DNA of 61,370 nucleotides, counting the filler. It is 7 parts of 7 records of this genome, joined end to end, with 100 filler letters (N's around TTAATTAATTAA, not from the genome) between each part and the next. Parts side by side here need not be neighbours in the genome. Positions count along the whole stretch, not along the records: positions 57,466 to 61,370 come from SRR20825010_3456; 6 more parts are not named here. The stretch is one strand, 5' to 3'. The notes beneath the pieces were generated by a model that did no database searches, had not been told where the DNA came from, and was given only the letters and a program-made list of their open reading frames with translations. The position numbers and the translations under genes were made by a program. The stretch's first letter is position 1. The number at the start of each line of letters is the position of its first letter. Positions 58,795 to 61,370 of the stretch are shown here, piece after piece.

Positions 58795-61191
58795 ATGTCT
58801 TCCATCAAGGATATTCTGAGCACCATGGAATACGGCCCCTCTCCGGAAGCCAATGGCGATGTTGTCGCGTGGCTCGACGCCCATGGCCGCTCCTTCGGCC
58901 ATTTCATCGACGGGCGGTTTGTCAAACCGAAGGGCGCGCGCCAGATTGCTGTCTCCAATCCGTCGGATGGTTCGCAGCTGGCCGAGATCGCCTGCGGCAC
59001 GGCAGAGGATGTGGACGCCGCCGTGAAGGCCGCGCGTGCAGCCTTCGGCAAATGGTCGAAACTTTCCGGCCATGAACGTGCGAAGTATCTCTATGCCATT
59101 GCCCGCCATGTGCAGAAGCGCTCGCGCTTTCTGGCGGTGCTGGAGACCATGGACAATGGCAAGCCGGTGCGCGAGACGCGCGACATCGACATTCCGCTGG
59201 TCGCCCGCCACTTCTATCATCACGCCGGCTGGGCCGAGATGGTGGAGGACGAGTTTCGTGGCTTCTCGCCCGTGGGTGTGTGCGGGCAGGTGATCCCGTG
59301 GAATTTCCCGCTATTGATGCTCGCATGGAAGATCGCGCCGGCGCTCGCCGCCGGCAACACGGTGGTGCTGAAACCCGCCGACCTGACGCCGCTGACGGCT
59401 GTCGCATTTGCAGAGATCTGCAACGAGGTGGGATTGCCCGCCGGTGTGGTCAACATCGTTCAGGGCGATGGCGAAACGGGTGCCGCCATCTGCGGCCATG
59501 AGGGCGTCGACAAGGTGGCCTTCACCGGCTCCACGCAGGTGGGCCGCGTCATCCGAGAACAGATCGCCGGTTCCGGCAAGAAGCTCTCGCTGGAGCTGGG
59601 CGGCAAGTCGCCTTTCATCGTGTTCGAGGACGCCGATATCGATGCGGCTGTCGAGGGCGTGGTGGATGCGATCTGGTTCAACCAGGGCGAAGTGTGCTGC
59701 GCCGGCTCGCGCCTGATCGTGCAGGAAGGCATCGCCGAGCGCTTTCATGCCAGGCTGAAGGCGCGTCTTGAAACGCTGCGCGTCGGCGACCCGCTCGACA
59801 AATCCACCGATGTGGGTGCCATCGTTTCGCCGGTTCAGGTGGAGCGGATTTCCGCGCTGGTGGCAAAGGGTGTCGAGGAAGGCGGGCAGCTCTGGCAGGC
59901 TTCCGCGCCGCTGCCTGAAAAGGGCAATTACATTGCGCCCGGCTTCTTCACCGATGTCGAGCCTGCCGCGACCGTCTGCCAGGTGGAGATCTTTGGCCCG
60001 ATCGCCGCCTCCATGACCTTCCGTACTCCGGACGAGGCCGCAGCACTCGCCAACAACAGCCGCTACGGGCTGGCCGCCTCCGTCTGGTCGGAAAACATCA
60101 ATGTGGCGCTGGATCTCGCCGCGCGCGTGAAAGCCGGCGTGGTCTGGATCAACTGCACCAACATGCTCGATGCGGGCGCAGGGTTCGGCGGCTATCGCGA
60201 GAGCGGTTTCGGCCGCGAGGGCGCGCGCGAGGGGCTTTACGAATATCTCGCCCCCGACTGGGAGAAGAAACTCTCCGCTCCCAGGGCATCGGAAGTTTTC
60301 ATCCCCTCCGCGTCTCCGGCGGGTGAGGGCAAGGTTCTGGTCGAGGGCATCGACCGGACGATGAAGAACTATATCGGCGGCAAGCAGGCACGGCCCGATG
60401 GCGGCTATGTCTATTCTGTTGCCGGCAAGGGCGGTGTGCTGATCGGGCAGGCCGGCATCGGCAATCGCAAGGACATTCGCAACGCGGTCGAGGCGGCTTC
60501 CAAGGCCGGCGGCTGGGGCGGTGCGACAGGCCACAACCGTGCGCAGGTGCTCTACTATCTGGGTGAAAATCTGGAGGCACGGCGCGAAGGCATGCAAGCG
60601 CTTCTGTGCGAGAGCACAGGCATGAGCGCGAAGAAGGCGACCGAGGAATTCGATACGGCATTGCGCCGCATCTTTTATTACGCCGCGCAGGCCGACAAGT
60701 TCGACGGCGCGGTTCACTCCACCCAGTCGCGCCATGTGACGCTTGCCATGAACGAACCCTTTGGCGTGATGGGCATTGCCTGCCCGGACGAGGCCCCGCT
60801 TCTGTCGCTGGTTTCGCTGGTGTTGCCGGCCATAGCCATGGGCAACCGGGTTGTGGTGGTGCCGTCTGCGCGTCACCCCTTGATTGCCGGCGATTTCTAT
60901 CAGGTGCTCGACACGTCCGATGTGCCGGGTGGCGTCGTGAACATCGTCACCGGCGAGCGCGATCTTCTGGTGAAGACGCTTGCCGAGCACGACGAGGTGG
61001 CCGCGCTCTGGTATTTCGGCTCGGCGGAAGGAAGCGCCATGATCGAGAAGGCATCGGCCGGGAACCTGAAGTCGACCTGGGTCAACAATGGGCGCATGCC
61101 GAACTGGCTCGATGATGCCGAAGGCCGCGGACGCGACTATCTGCGCCGCGCCGTTCAGGTGAAGAACATCTGGGTTCCCTACGGCGCTTGA
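58795..61191 (+). CDS. ALDH16-type aldehyde dehydrogenase with extra C-terminal ALDH-like domain
   Basis: PWNFP, FTGST, LELGGKS, NQGEVCCAGS, EIFGP, ESGFGREG, then a second partial ALDH fold ending KNIWVPYG; start at MSSIKD after GAGGA. Confidence 0.9.
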   Translation: MSSIKDILSTMEYGPSPEANGDVVAWLDAHGRSFGHFIDGRFVKPKGARQIAVSNPSDGSQLAEIACGTAEDVDAAVKAARAAFGKWSKLSGHERAKYLYAIARHVQKRSRFLAVLETMDNGKPVRETRDIDIPLVARHFYHHAGWAEMVEDEFRGFSPVGVCGQVIPWNFPLLMLAWKIAPALAAGNTVVLKPADLTPLTAVAFAEICNEVGLPAGVVNIVQGDGETGAAICGHEGVDKVAFTGSTQVGRVIREQIAGSGKKLSLELGGKSPFIVFEDADIDAAVEGVVDAIWFNQGEVCCAGSRLIVQEGIAERFHARLKARLETLRVGDPLDKSTDVGAIVSPVQVERISALVAKGVEEGGQLWQASAPLPEKGNYIAPGFFTDVEPAATVCQVEIFGPIAASMTFRTPDEAAALANNSRYGLAASVWSENINVALDLAARVKAGVVWINCTNMLDAGAGFGGYRESGFGREGAREGLYEYLAPDWEKKLSAPRASEVFIPSASPAGEGKVLVEGIDRTMKNYIGGKQARPDGGYVYSVAGKGGVLIGQAGIGNRKDIRNAVEAASKAGGWGGATGHNRAQVLYYLGENLEARREGMQALLCESTGMSAKKATEEFDTALRRIFYYAAQADKFDGAVHSTQSRHVTLAMNEPFGVMGIACPDEAPLLSLVSLVLPAIAMGNRVVVVPSARHPLIAGDFYQVLDTSDVPGGVVNIVTGERDLLVKTLAEHDEVAALWYFGSAEGSAMIEKASAGNLKSTWVNNGRMPNWLDDAEGRGRDYLRRAVQVKNIWVPYGA

Positions 61192-61370
61192 CGCGCGCCT
61201 TACGTTCTACCAAGCGGCGTTCTGAAGGAATAAAATTCGCACCGGCCCGGCAGATTTGCCGATCCGGTGCGAACATTTTGCTCATTGTGGGATTCAAATG
61301 TCTCGCAGTCACCGTGTTTGCCGGTTAGATTAGCCACGAAACTGCGGGTTCATGGCCTCGGGTTCATGGC

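Noticed and set aside
61249-61370. Imperfect palindromes and a CGGGTTCATGGC direct repeat at the window end
   Set aside because: Downstream gene lies outside the window; two copies are too few to call an array or operator

Overview
This window is not one locus. It is seven unrelated contig fragments joined by 100-bp linkers (N44-TTAATTAATTAA-N44), so gene context is only valid within a fragment; taxon labels are impressions from gene content and composition. (1) 1-22691, GC-rich gammaproteobacterium (Marinobacter-like): frmA divergent from a NemR-type TetR/nemA/SDR cluster, pomAB, an amt gene and a CP-ATP-grasp/alpha-E/transglutaminase/Anbu operon each behind a sigma54-type promoter (alpha-E has a 1-bp frameshift), an attEFGH-like ABC/lipocalin operon, a diguanylate cyclase, a RegB/RegA-like pair, MATE, and a decayed YefM/YoeB-type TA module. 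(2) 22792-29253, alphaproteobacterium (Thalassospira-like): ahpC-ahpD/oxyR, rhomboid, Zn-ADH. (3) 29354-38883, alphaproteobacterium: TRAP transporter, aspartate aminotransferase, MFS plus a PptH-like metallophosphoesterase, ppa, and palindromic repeats. (4) 38984-43129, Rhodobacteraceae-like: an Ala-rich orphan, GTAG-type REPs, a TPR-sulfotransferase. (5) 43230-53679, AT-rich Flavobacteriaceae housekeeping block. (6) 53780-57365, Bacteroidota: two T9SS cargo genes flanking a 61-aa protein that is almost only a signal peptide plus a PID-CTERM-type sorting tail. (7) 57466-61370, Rhizobiales-like: deoC plus an ALDH16-type aldehyde dehydrogenase, divergent from an ECF sigma factor. No rRNA, tRNA, CRISPR array, transposase or integrase was seen. 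The best leads are the PID-CTERM micro-protein/T9SS pair, the nitrogen-regulated amt-Anbu module, the PptH homologue and the Ala-rich orphan.
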